Below are positions 23,265-33,238 of a stretch of 64,000 nucleotides of DNA, one piece after another. The position numbers were made by a program, and so were the translations under genes. The stretch's first letter is position 1, and each line of letters begins with the position of its first letter. This DNA is from an uncultured Planctomycetaceae bacterium. GTDB lineage: Bacteria > Planctomycetota > Planctomycetia > Isosphaerales > Isosphaeraceae. The DNA is taken from NCBI GenBank assembly GCA_963833985.1, contig CAWIAD010000001.1, positions 2,496,001 through 2,560,000 of the forward strand, written 5' to 3'. The notes beneath the pieces were generated by a model. That model was given only the letters and a program-made list of their open reading frames with translations. It was not told the DNA's origin and ran no database searches.

Positions 23265-24470
23265 ACGATGAGTCGTCCGTCAACGTGCTCGACGAGGCGT
23301 TCACCGCAATCGAGGAGACGCTTGACCGGGCCGGACCAGAAGCGGCGCTCGAGCCAGCTCGTGGAGCGCCTGGACCAGGCCGGCGCGTATCGGGCGCTGC
23401 TCGATGCACTGCTGCTGAAGGCACGCCACGAACTGGGTCTGCCGCTCATCGAGGCCGGTGGACCGGGAGCGATCCCGGAGGGGATTCGCATCCGGTTCGA
23501 GGAGCGCTTCGCGGACGCCATCCGCCTGGTTGCTTCCCGCTACCTGGCCCGGGATGACATCCCCGCCGGCTGGGCCTACTGCCGGGTGATCGCCGAGCCG
23601 GAGCCGGTCAAGGCGGCGATCGAGCATTACCGTCCGGGTGAGAACGCCGATTCGATTGCGACCGTGATCGACATCGCCTTCCACCAGGGCGTCCACCCGG
23701 CGCGCGGGTTCGAGCTGATCCTGGAGCATTACGGCACCTGCTCGGCGATCACCGCTCTGGAGCAGAATCCGCCCGCGGATCCGGCCGTCCAGACCGCCTG
23801 CGTGGACCGTCTCGTCCGGCATCTGCACGATCAGCTCACCGGGAGCCTCCGCTTCGACCTGAATCAGCGGGGGGAGACCACGTCCGAGACCGACTCGTCC
23901 ATCGCCGGGCTCATCGCCAACCGTGACTGGCTGTTCGCGGAGGACGGGTACCACATCGACGTCTCGCACCTGGCGGCGACGGTGCGGTATTCCACACTCC
24001 TGGCTGATCCGGCAACGCTGGCCCTGGCGGTGGATCTGACCGAGTATGGCCGCCGGCTCTCGCCGCGGCTGGTGTTCGAGGGCGTGCCCCCCTTCGAGCG
24101 GATCTTCGAGGACCATCGCATCTACCTGCGCGCCTTGCTGAACCAGGATGTCGATGCGGCGATCGGCCACTTCCGTGCGAAGGTTGAGAGTACCCAGCGC
24201 GACGACCCGGAATCCTCAATCCCTGTCCAGGTGCTGGTGAACCTGTTGTCGCGTCTGGAGCGGTTCGACGAGGCAATCGACCTGGCCGAGAAGCGGCTGG
24301 GGCACCTGCCTGAGCAGGCGCTTGCTTGTCCGACGATCGCGCAGCTCTGCGCGCTCGCCAGGCGGATGGACCGGCTGGCGGTCATTGCCCGTCATCACGG
24401 GAATCTGGTCCACTTCCTGGCGGCGCGGATGCTGGACGCCACCGTGCGTGATCCGCGGCCAGGCCCGTGA
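23261..24470 (+). CDS. Helical hypothetical protein, frameshift near 23354
   Basis: ATG overlaps the LOG stop; removing one C joins MNDESS...AALE to QLVERL; coding-like codon bias. Confidence 0.75.
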
Positions 24471-24508
24471 GCCGATTGCCTGTCCCGGCGTCGATGTTGA
24501 TGCTCCGA

Positions 24509-25321
24509 TCAGCCGTTCCAGGAGGCGGAGTTCGTCCAGGAGCGGCCGGTGGGAACCACAATCGGGGCGAGCTGCCAGTCGCCTGTGCTCTGACGCACCC
24601 AGTGATAGCCCGGCGGTACGGCCCACTCGCTCTGGCTCTGCGAGCCGTAATAGGCTCGCCTCCGCTCCTCGGCAAGCACGCTTGCCTCCTCGGCGCCGGC
24701 CACCGCGTAGATGAAAGCGGCCAGGCCAACGTGGATCAGGTTCTGTGGAAACGCGGCGAAGTTCAAGAAGCTGTAAATGCCGAACAAAAGGGCAAGGCCG
24801 CGACCGATCGACGCCGCGATTGACGTGGCCTGGATGCGGCCCAGCCAGCCGCTCAGCAGGGCACGCAGCACCCGGCCGCCGTCCATGGGAAAGGCCGGGA
24901 TCAGGTTGAAAGCGCCCAGGACCAGGTTGGCAAGCATCAAGACACCAAAGAAGCTTCCGCGGCCGAGTCCCGACTCGAAGCCGCCAATCTTCAGGGACTC
25001 CAGCCCCAGGAGTGCGGCGACGATGGCGAAATTCACGGCCGGCCCCGCCAGGGCGATCAGAAGCTCCGCGCCGGGGGCCCGCGGCATGCGTTCCAGCCGG
25101 GCCACTCCACCGATCGGGTACAGGGTGATATCGAGAGTCTCGATTCCGAACTGCCGCGCCATGAAGGCGTGCCCCAGCTCGTGCAAGAGTACGCAGCCGA
25201 ACAGGCTCAGCGTCAGAAGTGGCGAAAACGGAGTGATCCCCGGCAACAAAACCAGCAAGAAGGTCGGATGCAGGTATAGCTTGATCCCCGCAACCCGCCC
25301 AAGTTTCCAAGATATGCGCAT
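24509..25321 (-). CDS. Site-2 protease (M50) without CBS domains
   Basis: HELGH, AGPAVN, NLIPAFPMDGG. Confidence 0.93.
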   Translation of the reverse strand: MRISWKLGRVAGIKLYLHPTFLLVLLPGITPFSPLLTLSLFGCVLLHELGHAFMARQFGIETLDITLYPIGGVARLERMPRAPGAELLIALAGPAVNFAIVAALLGLESLKIGGFESGLGRGSFFGVLMLANLVLGAFNLIPAFPMDGGRVLRALLSGWLGRIQATSIAASIGRGLALLFGIYSFLNFAAFPQNLIHVGLAAFIYAVAGAEEASVLAEERRRAYYGSQSQSEWAVPPGYHWVRQSTGDWQLAPIVVPTGRSWTNSASWNG

Positions 25322-25494
25322 CGAAACAGTACTTCCTTTCCAGAATCGGGACGTAACGCCGTCCTGATCATCTCATTGTACTTCGTCGTCGAAGTCAGGA
25401 AAGTTCGAGATTCGCATTCCAGAGACCCAGTCCGTCGCCAGGAAGGGGTATGGAAGAAGGTCTGGAGCAGGAGACCAGACGTGTGGTGGTTCTT

Positions 25495-26832
25495 TCATCG
25501 CTCGAGGATGCCGGGACGGGTGATCTTGTAACCCTTGACGCTCACCTCGATCAGTGGCCAGTTCTGTGCCGCGGTGACCGCTTCATAACCGCGCGCATCG
25601 ACCACGACGGTGTCTTCCGACCGCGCCGACCCGACGCTGGGGTTCCAGCAGATGGCCATGTGAGGCTTCAGTACGACCTTGCTGTCCGGGGTGAGCATGC
25701 ACTCGCGCTGCGCATAACCAGTGAGTGTACCCTGGTAATCGAGGGTCCACTCATGAGGTGCGTTGAACTTCTCATAGATGCGGCGAGCGCGGCGAAACAC
25801 TTCGGGGACCGGCTCGCCCGGCCTGGAAAAGAAGATGCACGAGGCATCGACCATGGTAGAGAGCGTGTGTTGCGACTGAAACAGCGGATCGGCCGGACCA
25901 AATGACACAGTCCGGGTGAGCGATGCGCACAGGCCATGGCGCCGGCCCGTGATGGCGATCGTGGCCCGCTTCACGATGGGGGCTGCCTTGAATGTGGGCT
26001 GCCGGTAGCGCGCCAGCCGGTCATCGCTGGCGACCCGGAGGTCGACCGGGACGACGCCCTCTCGAAGCAGCCTGTGAGCCAGGTGTCCCGCCACGTCGGC
26101 CTCGCGCTCGCCCCGGTCGAAGTTGCGGCAAGTCGCCTCCACAGCCAGCGTCAATGTGCGGCCCAGCTCGCGGAGGCGCTGGCGTTCCAGTGGAGTAAGC
26201 GAGAGCCGCAGACTGCGCAACGCATCAACGTCACGCCGCCAGGGCATGCATCCGCTCGACCCCAAATCGGTAGCGATGCGCTTGTTATGGCAGAGTTCCG
26301 CGACCGTGCGGAAGGGATCGTCAAACCACGGACGCTCCTTGAGCTGAAAACCGAGCCCGGCCAGCTCTTCCTCGAAAACCCGGCTGCTCTGCACGTTGTC
26401 GGAAATCACCGCCCGCGAGCCGCGGTTGATGAAAAGCAGCACCGAGCTGAATTCCGAGGTCAGGTCCTGGCTCAGGTCGCCGCCGGAGGTGAACCAGGCC
26501 ACGGAGTCCGCACGGCCCAGAACCATGCCGTCCTGCTCGCTGGCATCGAGGAAATCGCGGACCCTCTGGTGCTTGGTCTCGATATCTTCGCGACGCCGCC
26601 GGAGCTCCAGATTCTCATGGTCGGCGGCCGGGTCAGGCACCACGGGAAGCGTATCGGTATGCGGCCGATCCGCGGCAGTGATCAGCACCGGGTCGAACTC
26701 GCCCGAGAGATCGATGTCTCCCGGCAACGCCGTGATCACGCTCCCCACGTGAAGCTCGGTCGACACCAGCCGCCTCCTGTGAACGGCGAGCATCCGGCTC
26801 GCTCTAAGCCGAGCGCCTGCGAACCCACGCAA
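25495..26832 (-). CDS. M24 peptidase/creatinase-fold protein
   Basis: SLTRTV, QGTLTGYAQRE, WNPSV, SEDT; real start probably downstream of 26832. Confidence 0.75.
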   Translation of the reverse strand: MRGFAGARLRASRMLAVHRRRLVSTELHVGSVITALPGDIDLSGEFDPVLITAADRPHTDTLPVVPDPAADHENLELRRRREDIETKHQRVRDFLDASEQDGMVLGRADSVAWFTSGGDLSQDLTSEFSSVLLFINRGSRAVISDNVQSSRVFEEELAGLGFQLKERPWFDDPFRTVAELCHNKRIATDLGSSGCMPWRRDVDALRSLRLSLTPLERQRLRELGRTLTLAVEATCRNFDRGEREADVAGHLAHRLLREGVVPVDLRVASDDRLARYRQPTFKAAPIVKRATIAITGRRHGLCASLTRTVSFGPADPLFQSQHTLSTMVDASCIFFSRPGEPVPEVFRRARRIYEKFNAPHEWTLDYQGTLTGYAQRECMLTPDSKVVLKPHMAICWNPSVGSARSEDTVVVDARGYEAVTAAQNWPLIEVSVKGYKITRPGILER

Positions 26833-26844
26833 ACATGATGGAAA

Positions 26845-27939
26845 CTAATGGCTTAAGGATTGGCTGACTTTATCCTTCCAGGTTGTGTCCAGGAATTCAA
26901 GGATCTGGAGGACCAAATTCCTCGGAGTTCTGAGAGGAAAGTTCAGCTCATGGCCGGCTCCGGGAAGCACGACGAGCTGGTTCGGCACGCCCGCCAGGGT
27001 CAGCGCCGAAGCGAGTTCCACGGACTGGCTGACCGGGACCAGGGGGTCGCGCCCGCCATGAACCAGGAATGTCGGCGGATCCCCCGGCTGCACCTGGTCC
27101 ACCGGCGAGGCCGCCTGGTAGTTTCCGGGCACCGCCCAGGGCGGTCCTCCCAGGAACTGCCGGACGGCCACGGCCGCTTGCGGACTGGCCGAGAACAGGG
27201 CCGGCAGATCCGTCGGGCTCGAAAAGCTGACCACCGCGCTGACTGCGGCTGAATCCGCGACACTGGATCCTCCGCCGGTATTGACTGACTGCGTGCCCAG
27301 CAAGTTGGCCAGGTTCGCCCCGGCCGATTCGCCCATCGCCACGACCTCTCCCGGGTTGAACTGGAAAACTCCCGCATCTTGCTTGATCCAGCGCACGGCA
27401 GACTGAAGGTCTTGCAGGCTCATGGGCCATGTTGGGTTATCCGGCGAAGAAAGCGGGTAATTGGGCGCGACCACCGCATAGTTGTTGGGCACGAACGCCG
27501 ACGCGATCCTGGGCCCGTAGTCCTTCTTGTCCTGCTTCCGCCAGCCACCCCCGTGGATCGCCACGATCACGGGCCAGCCCCCCACGGGCGGAACGCCCGA
27601 GGGAAGGTACACATCCAGTTGTTCGGCGAGACCGCTTGCGGTTGTGTAGGTGATGTTCCTGATCACGGTTCCCGTATCCTGCGCCGATGCTTCGCGCGAG
27701 GGGTGCCTGATGATCCCGGAACTGCCAGCAGGCACCGACCTTCGGAGCGAGGCCTCGTGCCCGGGTAATCCGGCGACAAGAACCGGACCATGAGCAGGAA
27801 TGCCCACAGCCCCTGCCGTCAGCAAAGTTCGCGCTTCCAGGTGCGCCAGCCCATCGGGCCGAAAGCAGAACGAGGTACGCCTGCGGAATCCAGGCTGATG
27901 AGTGCTGCGGCCGCGGTTGACAGTACGGAAGCGGTTCAT
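26845..27939 (-). CDS. Secreted alpha/beta hydrolase (HSL-like) with planctomycete signal motif
   Basis: LEARTLL, HGGGW, GESAG, HGGRDPLV, GAGH. Confidence 0.9.
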   Translation of the reverse strand: MNRFRTVNRGRSTHQPGFRRRTSFCFRPDGLAHLEARTLLTAGAVGIPAHGPVLVAGLPGHEASLRRSVPAGSSGIIRHPSREASAQDTGTVIRNITYTTASGLAEQLDVYLPSGVPPVGGWPVIVAIHGGGWRKQDKKDYGPRIASAFVPNNYAVVAPNYPLSSPDNPTWPMSLQDLQSAVRWIKQDAGVFQFNPGEVVAMGESAGANLANLLGTQSVNTGGGSSVADSAAVSAVVSFSSPTDLPALFSASPQAAVAVRQFLGGPPWAVPGNYQAASPVDQVQPGDPPTFLVHGGRDPLVPVSQSVELASALTLAGVPNQLVVLPGAGHELNFPLRTPRNLVLQILEFLDTTWKDKVSQSLSH

Positions 27940-27987
27940 TGTGTGTTGCCGGTGCCTCTCGGGAGTCTTTGCTGCGTCACATGAGGT

Positions 27988-29027
27988 CTATCGAGGCACT
28001 CTGGGTGCCGGAAGCCGAGCGTGTTGCCGGTCCGGGTGATCGGTCAGGTCTGAGCGAGATGGCTCGTCCGTTACGGCTTCGTCTCCCAAAACTTGCCACA
28101 CGCACTCAAGGAAGGCAAGAATCTCCGGCGCCAGATCCCGGGTCTCCGGGTATCTCACAACCAGCTCGAACCCATGGCGAGATCCGTTCACAACGATGAA
28201 CCGGTTCATGACCCCGTGTTCGGTCAGGGTCTCCGCCATGCTCTCCGCTTGCCGAAGTGGCACCCAGCGATCCTCCGTACCGTGAATGAGCAGCGCGGGA
28301 GCCGCGCCGGCACCGGCGTGCTCCAGCGGTGAGGCCCCAGCGGCGCGCACGGCCAGTCCGCGGCGGATCGGCCCAGAAACTGCCGCACCGGCTCATGCTC
28401 CAGCCGCCGGCTTTCGACCAGCGCGAAGAGAGACGTCGGTCCGTAGAGACTGACGACCGCCTGGACCCGCGAGGAGACCGCCTCCGGCTCCGGACCGGGA
28501 GCGAGCGTCCCCAGCAACAACGCCAGATGCCCTCCGACCCCACTGCCCAGGGCAGCGATGCGGCTGGCGTCGACACCAAACTCATCGGCATGGCCGCGGA
28601 TCCAGCGAACCGCCTGGCGAAGATCCTCCAGGGCTGACGGCCAGCTCGGGGCCGCGGGACGGGAAAGCCGGTAATCGGCCACGAACACCACGTACCCCTG
28701 GCTGGCCAGCCGGGCGACCTGGGGACCATAGAGCGATCGGGAGCCTCCGCTCCAGCTCCCGCCGTGAATCGCCAGCAAGCCCGGCCGTCGTCTCAACTGC
28801 GGCCCCCGCGCTGCCCGCTCCGGCGGCATGTATACGTCAAGCAGCAATGCCGTGGTGCCCTCCACGCCATAGATCCGGTCCTTGACGATCGTGGCATCGG
28901 CACGGGCCAGTGCCTCGGCCTGCACCCGGGGGTCGACCGCCCAGAGCCTCGCCACACACCAGAAGAGTAAGAGCCAGGTGATCGTCTCGATCGCGGTTCG
29001 CAACGTCTGCATCGGCTCGGGTGCCAC
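27988..29027 (-). CDS. Alpha/beta hydrolase (HSL-like), frameshift near 28350
   Basis: HGGSW, DYRL, GSGVG, HGTEDRWV, GSRHG, spread across two ORFs. Confidence 0.82.
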
Positions 29028-29240
29028 CAGTCAGGAACGAGCTTGCTCGCGCGTTGGTTCCACGGTTCCAGGTACGCGCCGCAGCGGTCGGCCAGGTTCA
29101 CCTGCCCTCGAAGAGCGGACGGATCTCGTTGCCGTGCACGTCCCTCCCTCCTTATTATACAAGTGGTCCCGGGCATCACGGCTGGACCGAGACGCGAGAG
29201 CCGCCGGCCGCCTGTCCCAGTCTCCAGCGAGCCTGAAGCC

Positions 29241-29740
29241 GTGGCGATCGATCTTCCGAAACTGCCGTTGCTCGCCCAGCGCGAGATCGAAGCGAAGATT
29301 GTCGGTCCGCTCGTGCGAGCTGTTGCGGCAGAGATCGGAGAGGAGAAGACCCTGGAGATCCTCCGCGGCGTCATCAGCGAGCTGGCGCGGCAGGGGGCGC
29401 CGAGCTGGCCCGGAACCTGGGTGAACAGACCCTCCAGACATTTGCCGGTGCCCTGGACCGCTGGCGAGAGGGAGGCGCGCTCGAGATCGAGATGCTCGAG
29501 CAGTCGCCCGATCGGCTGGCTTTCAACGTGGTCCGCTGCCGCTACGCCGAGATGTACCGCGCCCTGGGCCTGGAAGCGCTCGGCGCCAGTCTTTCCTGTC
29601 AGCGCGACTTCGCGCTGGTGCAGGGGTTCAACCCCGAGATCCGGCTAAAGCGGACCCAGACTCTCATGGAAGGTGCTCCGTTTTGCGATTTCCGGTTCCA
29701 TCGCGCAGTAGCCGGTCCACCAGCGAGCGACGAAACCTGA
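29241..29740 (+). CDS. L-2-amino-thiazoline-4-carboxylate hydrolase-like protein, frameshift in a G-run near 29395
   Basis: QREIEAKI, FNVVRCRYAEMY, CQRDF, RTQTLMEGAPFCDFRF. Confidence 0.82.
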
Positions 29741-29802
29741 GCCTGGCCGCGAGGCTTCTGGGGGTGGGCATCTGGGGGAGGACGCAGACCGCGCCGGTCG
29801 CT

Positions 29803-30483
29803 TCACCGGCCCTGCGAGAAGCCGGCCTGCTGGGCAGCTTCGTCTCGCTTCCCGGGGGGTTGAGCCCGGGCAGCGAACCGGAAGGGCATTCCCAGCAGGT
29901 TATTCCAGAGCTCCTGCTGTCCTGGCGAGAGCATGGCCAGAATCTTTTGACGGTAGGTCTGATCGCTTTGCTGCGACGAGCGGCCCTGCGTCCGCAGCTG
30001 ATTGCGCTCGGCGATCAGCCGGGCCATCGTCTGCTGTTGTTCGGCCGTCAGTTTGAGGTAGGTCGCAACCATGGGGCGGCTGAGCATGGCGGACTCGCCT
30101 TCCCATTGCAACTCGATCTGGCGGAGCCGTTCAAGCTGATTACCGGTCAGGTTCATGCTGAGCCATTCGAGCTGTGCCTGATCGATGGCCCGGCGCTCCA
30201 CCAGCACGGCAGCCCCGGTCTTGCCGCGGAGTGCGAGTGCCCGGCGAGTCAGCTCGTTGATCGTATTCTGCGACCCGAGGATCTGGGTTCGTTCCATCCG
30301 CAAGTCGGCCTGGATGTCCGGGCGAGACAGGAGGAGCAAGGGCGCGGTGCGGATTCCCAGGCGATTGTCGGGCAGGTACCAATCGTTTGCCGGACTGGTG
30401 CTCTGAGCGTGCAACGCCCCCATCGGGACGAGCTGGATCCAGAGGATCCCCATCAGGACGAGCCGTCCTTTGCCTCGCCACAT
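29803..30483 (-). CDS. Secreted helical hypothetical protein (Spy/CpxP-like repeats)
   Basis: Signal peptide; LTGNQLERLRQIELQ, LKLTAEQ, LSPGQ...LLGMPF. Confidence 0.7.
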   Translation of the reverse strand: MWRGKGRLVLMGILWIQLVPMGALHAQSTSPANDWYLPDNRLGIRTAPLLLLSRPDIQADLRMERTQILGSQNTINELTRRALALRGKTGAAVLVERRAIDQAQLEWLSMNLTGNQLERLRQIELQWEGESAMLSRPMVATYLKLTAEQQQTMARLIAERNQLRTQGRSSQQSDQTYRQKILAMLSPGQQELWNNLLGMPFRFAARAQPPGKRDEAAQQAGFSQGR

Positions 30484-30699
30484 GGCCCGGTTCCCTCCAG
30501 TGCCTGGATCGTCGAGCAGGTCTGCCTGCCACCGCATCCTGAGCCGGCGATCAGGCGAATCGCCAGCGCCACGCTCCCGAAGCAGATCAGCGAGCGTGGC
30601 GGCGGGTGGTTTATACGCTCATCCGTGCGATCGGAAAAGGCCAGTGTCCCGGCGCTGGCGGCCAAGGTTTGCACCTGGCCGCCGGGGCGCGGGACTGGG

Positions 30700-32121
30700 T
30701 CAGTTCGGCGAACCGCTGTTGGGGGACTGCTGTCCGCCAAGGCCGCGGCGTTCGCGCAGGCTCTGGCGACGGGGGGTCGTCGACTTGGTGGCGGTACTGG
30801 AGCTTGCGGCTGGCGTCGAGGCGGCGGGACTCGCGGCCTTGGCGGTGTCTGCGGATGCGTTGCCGCCATTGCCATTGGCGTTCGCGGTGCCGCCGGCTCC
30901 GTTCCGACCGTTCGCGCCGGGGCCACCACGGAAGAAGCCGGCCGTGAGGGATTCGACGTCAAACGGCTTGCCCAGCAGCTTCTTGAAGCTGGAGACCTGG
31001 CGGCGGTCCATGGCCTTGAAGACGGCCGCGTACTCGCGCTGGCGAAGCTGTTCGGTCTCCTTGCGGGTCTCCTCCATCTGGGCCTTTACCTCGGGCTTTT
31101 CCATGACCTGCTGCCAGACCGCGGGGTCAAATCGCGGCCGGTTCTGGCCGGGACCGTTGGCGCCGCCCTGGCCACGGCCGAAGCGGCCTCCGCCGGGCTG
31201 CCCGGGCTGGCCCGCGGTTGCGGCCGGGTTGGCGGCGTTCGGATCAGGCTGGCCGCCAGCATTCGCGGCCCCGCCAGCTGGCGGGTTCGGCATGAAGGTC
31301 CGCATGAGCTGAAAGTTCTTGGCCATGAGCTGGCGGCGAGCCTGGTTGGCCTCGTTCAGGACACCCTGGATCTCGACCTGCTGCTCTTCGGTGATCTCGA
31401 GCTTGGCGGCGACATCCTGGCGGAGGACCGCCCTGGGCCCCTCGGATTGCAGCTGGATCTCCCGGAGGCGCTTCATCTGTGTCTTGTCCAGCGCGCTGGC
31501 CAGGGCATTTTCCGACTCGTTTTGAAGCTGCTGCATCGCCATGCGCATCATCTCGCGTCCCTGGTTCTGCACAACGTTTGCCGCTTGCCGGCCCTGGACC
31601 CGGGCAGCCTGCTGTTGCAGCGCCGGATCGACGGGCTGGCCGCCCTGAATCCGTCCGCCATAGACCTGGGGCTGGTAGCCCCGGCTGTTGAGCGTCCCGG
31701 CCAGCGGGTTGCCCGCACCGGCTCCACGCGCGTCAATGCTGGGATCAATCGGGACCTGTCCCCCTTGCAGCGCCTGGGCCTGAGCGAGTTGCTGCGCCTG
31801 GGTTTTGGCCATGTCGGTTTGCTGGCGAAGCTGCTGGAAGACCTCACCGCGCCGCTTGTTGGCATCTTCGGAGAGCTGCTTGACCTTGGCCTTCTGGCGA
31901 TCGGTCAGCTTGAGCTCCTTCTGAACCGCTTCATTACTGACCAGCGTGAACAGGTTGCCGCCCGGCCCGCCGGGTCCGCCTGGACCGCCCGGCCCTCCAC
32001 CTCGCTGGCCACGGCCGCCCCCGCCACGGCCGCCGGCGGGAGGTTGTGCCTGCGAGTTTATCGCCACGGCCGCCAGCGCGATGACCAGCGCCGTGATCAG
32101 AGTGGTACGGATTCGAAACAT
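30700..32121 (-). CDS. Secreted Gly/Gln/Pro-rich protein with Spy/CpxP-like repeats
   Basis: Signal peptide (SQA|Q); VQKELKLTDRQ, QMKRLREIQLQ, LEITEEQ, LLGKPF. Confidence 0.75.
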   Translation of the reverse strand: MFRIRTTLITALVIALAAVAINSQAQPPAGGRGGGGRGQRGGGPGGPGGPGGPGGNLFTLVSNEAVQKELKLTDRQKAKVKQLSEDANKRRGEVFQQLRQQTDMAKTQAQQLAQAQALQGGQVPIDPSIDARGAGAGNPLAGTLNSRGYQPQVYGGRIQGGQPVDPALQQQAARVQGRQAANVVQNQGREMMRMAMQQLQNESENALASALDKTQMKRLREIQLQSEGPRAVLRQDVAAKLEITEEQQVEIQGVLNEANQARRQLMAKNFQLMRTFMPNPPAGGAANAGGQPDPNAANPAATAGQPGQPGGGRFGRGQGGANGPGQNRPRFDPAVWQQVMEKPEVKAQMEETRKETEQLRQREYAAVFKAMDRRQVSSFKKLLGKPFDVESLTAGFFRGGPGANGRNGAGGTANANGNGGNASADTAKAASPAASTPAASSSTATKSTTPRRQSLRERRGLGGQQSPNSGSPN

Positions 32122-32408
32122 GGACGGTGCTCCTCGATGCCGGAGCCATGAGCCGCACGCCCTCGGTGGTCAAGGCGCACTGGCCTGGCCTGTGACCTAT
32201 CATCTATCATCTTAGCGGTTTCCCCGCGACAAATGGCCACAAGAAGTTCCGGAATCTTCGCAATTCCCGGGTGCCGGTTCATGAGCAGGGTTTTCCCGCC
32301 TCCTGGTGGTTGCGCCCGCCTGCGGCGGAGCCGCGGCCAGGTGCGAAACGATGTGAAATGCGGGTCAGGCGCCTGGCACTCCATGCGAAATGGTTCGATT
32401 GCAAGAGC

Positions 32409-33177
32409 TCACCGCGCCGTCCAGAGCCAGACGGCCAGTCCCAGCATGGACGCCAGCGTGCCCAGCCGCATCACGTAGCGGTAGAGGGTGTAACGCCGCC
32501 CCAGCGCCAGCGGCCCGACGTCGCCGCCCTCCACCGCCAGGGAAGCAGACCCGGCGGCACGCTCCAGGTTGGCCAGCGTGCTCATACCGACCAGATGCAC
32601 CAGCCAGAGCACCAGGAAGCCAACGCCCTGGTCGAGCCAGGCGCGCCAGGGAACCGGCGGCAGGCCCGGCTTCCACCAGGCGGGGGTGTAGAGCGGCGAC
32701 TCGCTCTGGTACACCAGCAGCCGCGCCGTGCTGGTAGCCACGCTTGCACCGTCGCTGACACGCAGCCCAAGCTCCAGCGGCTGTGCCGTGCCGCGCCGGA
32801 GTTCCGTGCAGCAAGCCGGCCGCAGCATCGAAGTTCAGCCCTTCGGGCAGCGTTCCTTCCAGGCTCCAGTGTAGCGCGCCCCGGCCGCCGACGGCCGCCA
32901 GGGCCACCGCGTAGGGCCGTCCGGCAATCGCCTCCGGCAGCTTTCCGGGCGTGGTGATCGAGAGCGGAACCGGCGCGGCGTCCGCGGCGTCGCTCGCGCG
33001 CTCGCCCGGCGGTGACAGATCGACCGCCTTGGGCAAGAGGGCCATGATCACCATCGTCAAGAGCAGGATGAACAGGAGAGCGCCGGTGAGCTTCGTCACC
33101 ACCACGGCAACGAAAGAGTCCTCGCCGGAGCCCCCAAATTCCAGGCCCGATCCTCCACCCCTGCGGTTGCGGCGCAT
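32409..33177 (-). CDS. Membrane protein: N-terminal TM, putative Ig domain, two C-terminal TMs; frameshift near 32790
   Basis: EDSFVAVVVTKLTGALLFILLL TM; ITT..LPEA..GRPY..L.A.GG..W..GTLPEGL....G.L.GTP..VSDG Ig-like pattern. Confidence 0.72.
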
Positions 33178-33238
33178 CCTACGGCCCTCGCCAACAGAAC
33201 CTCGTATTTCCCGGACTGAAATGCCCGGCGTCCGTCAG

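Noticed and set aside
29683..32151. 822 aa plus-strand ORF
   Set aside because: Antisense shadow of two better-supported minus-strand genes; such shadows are common in high-GC DNA.
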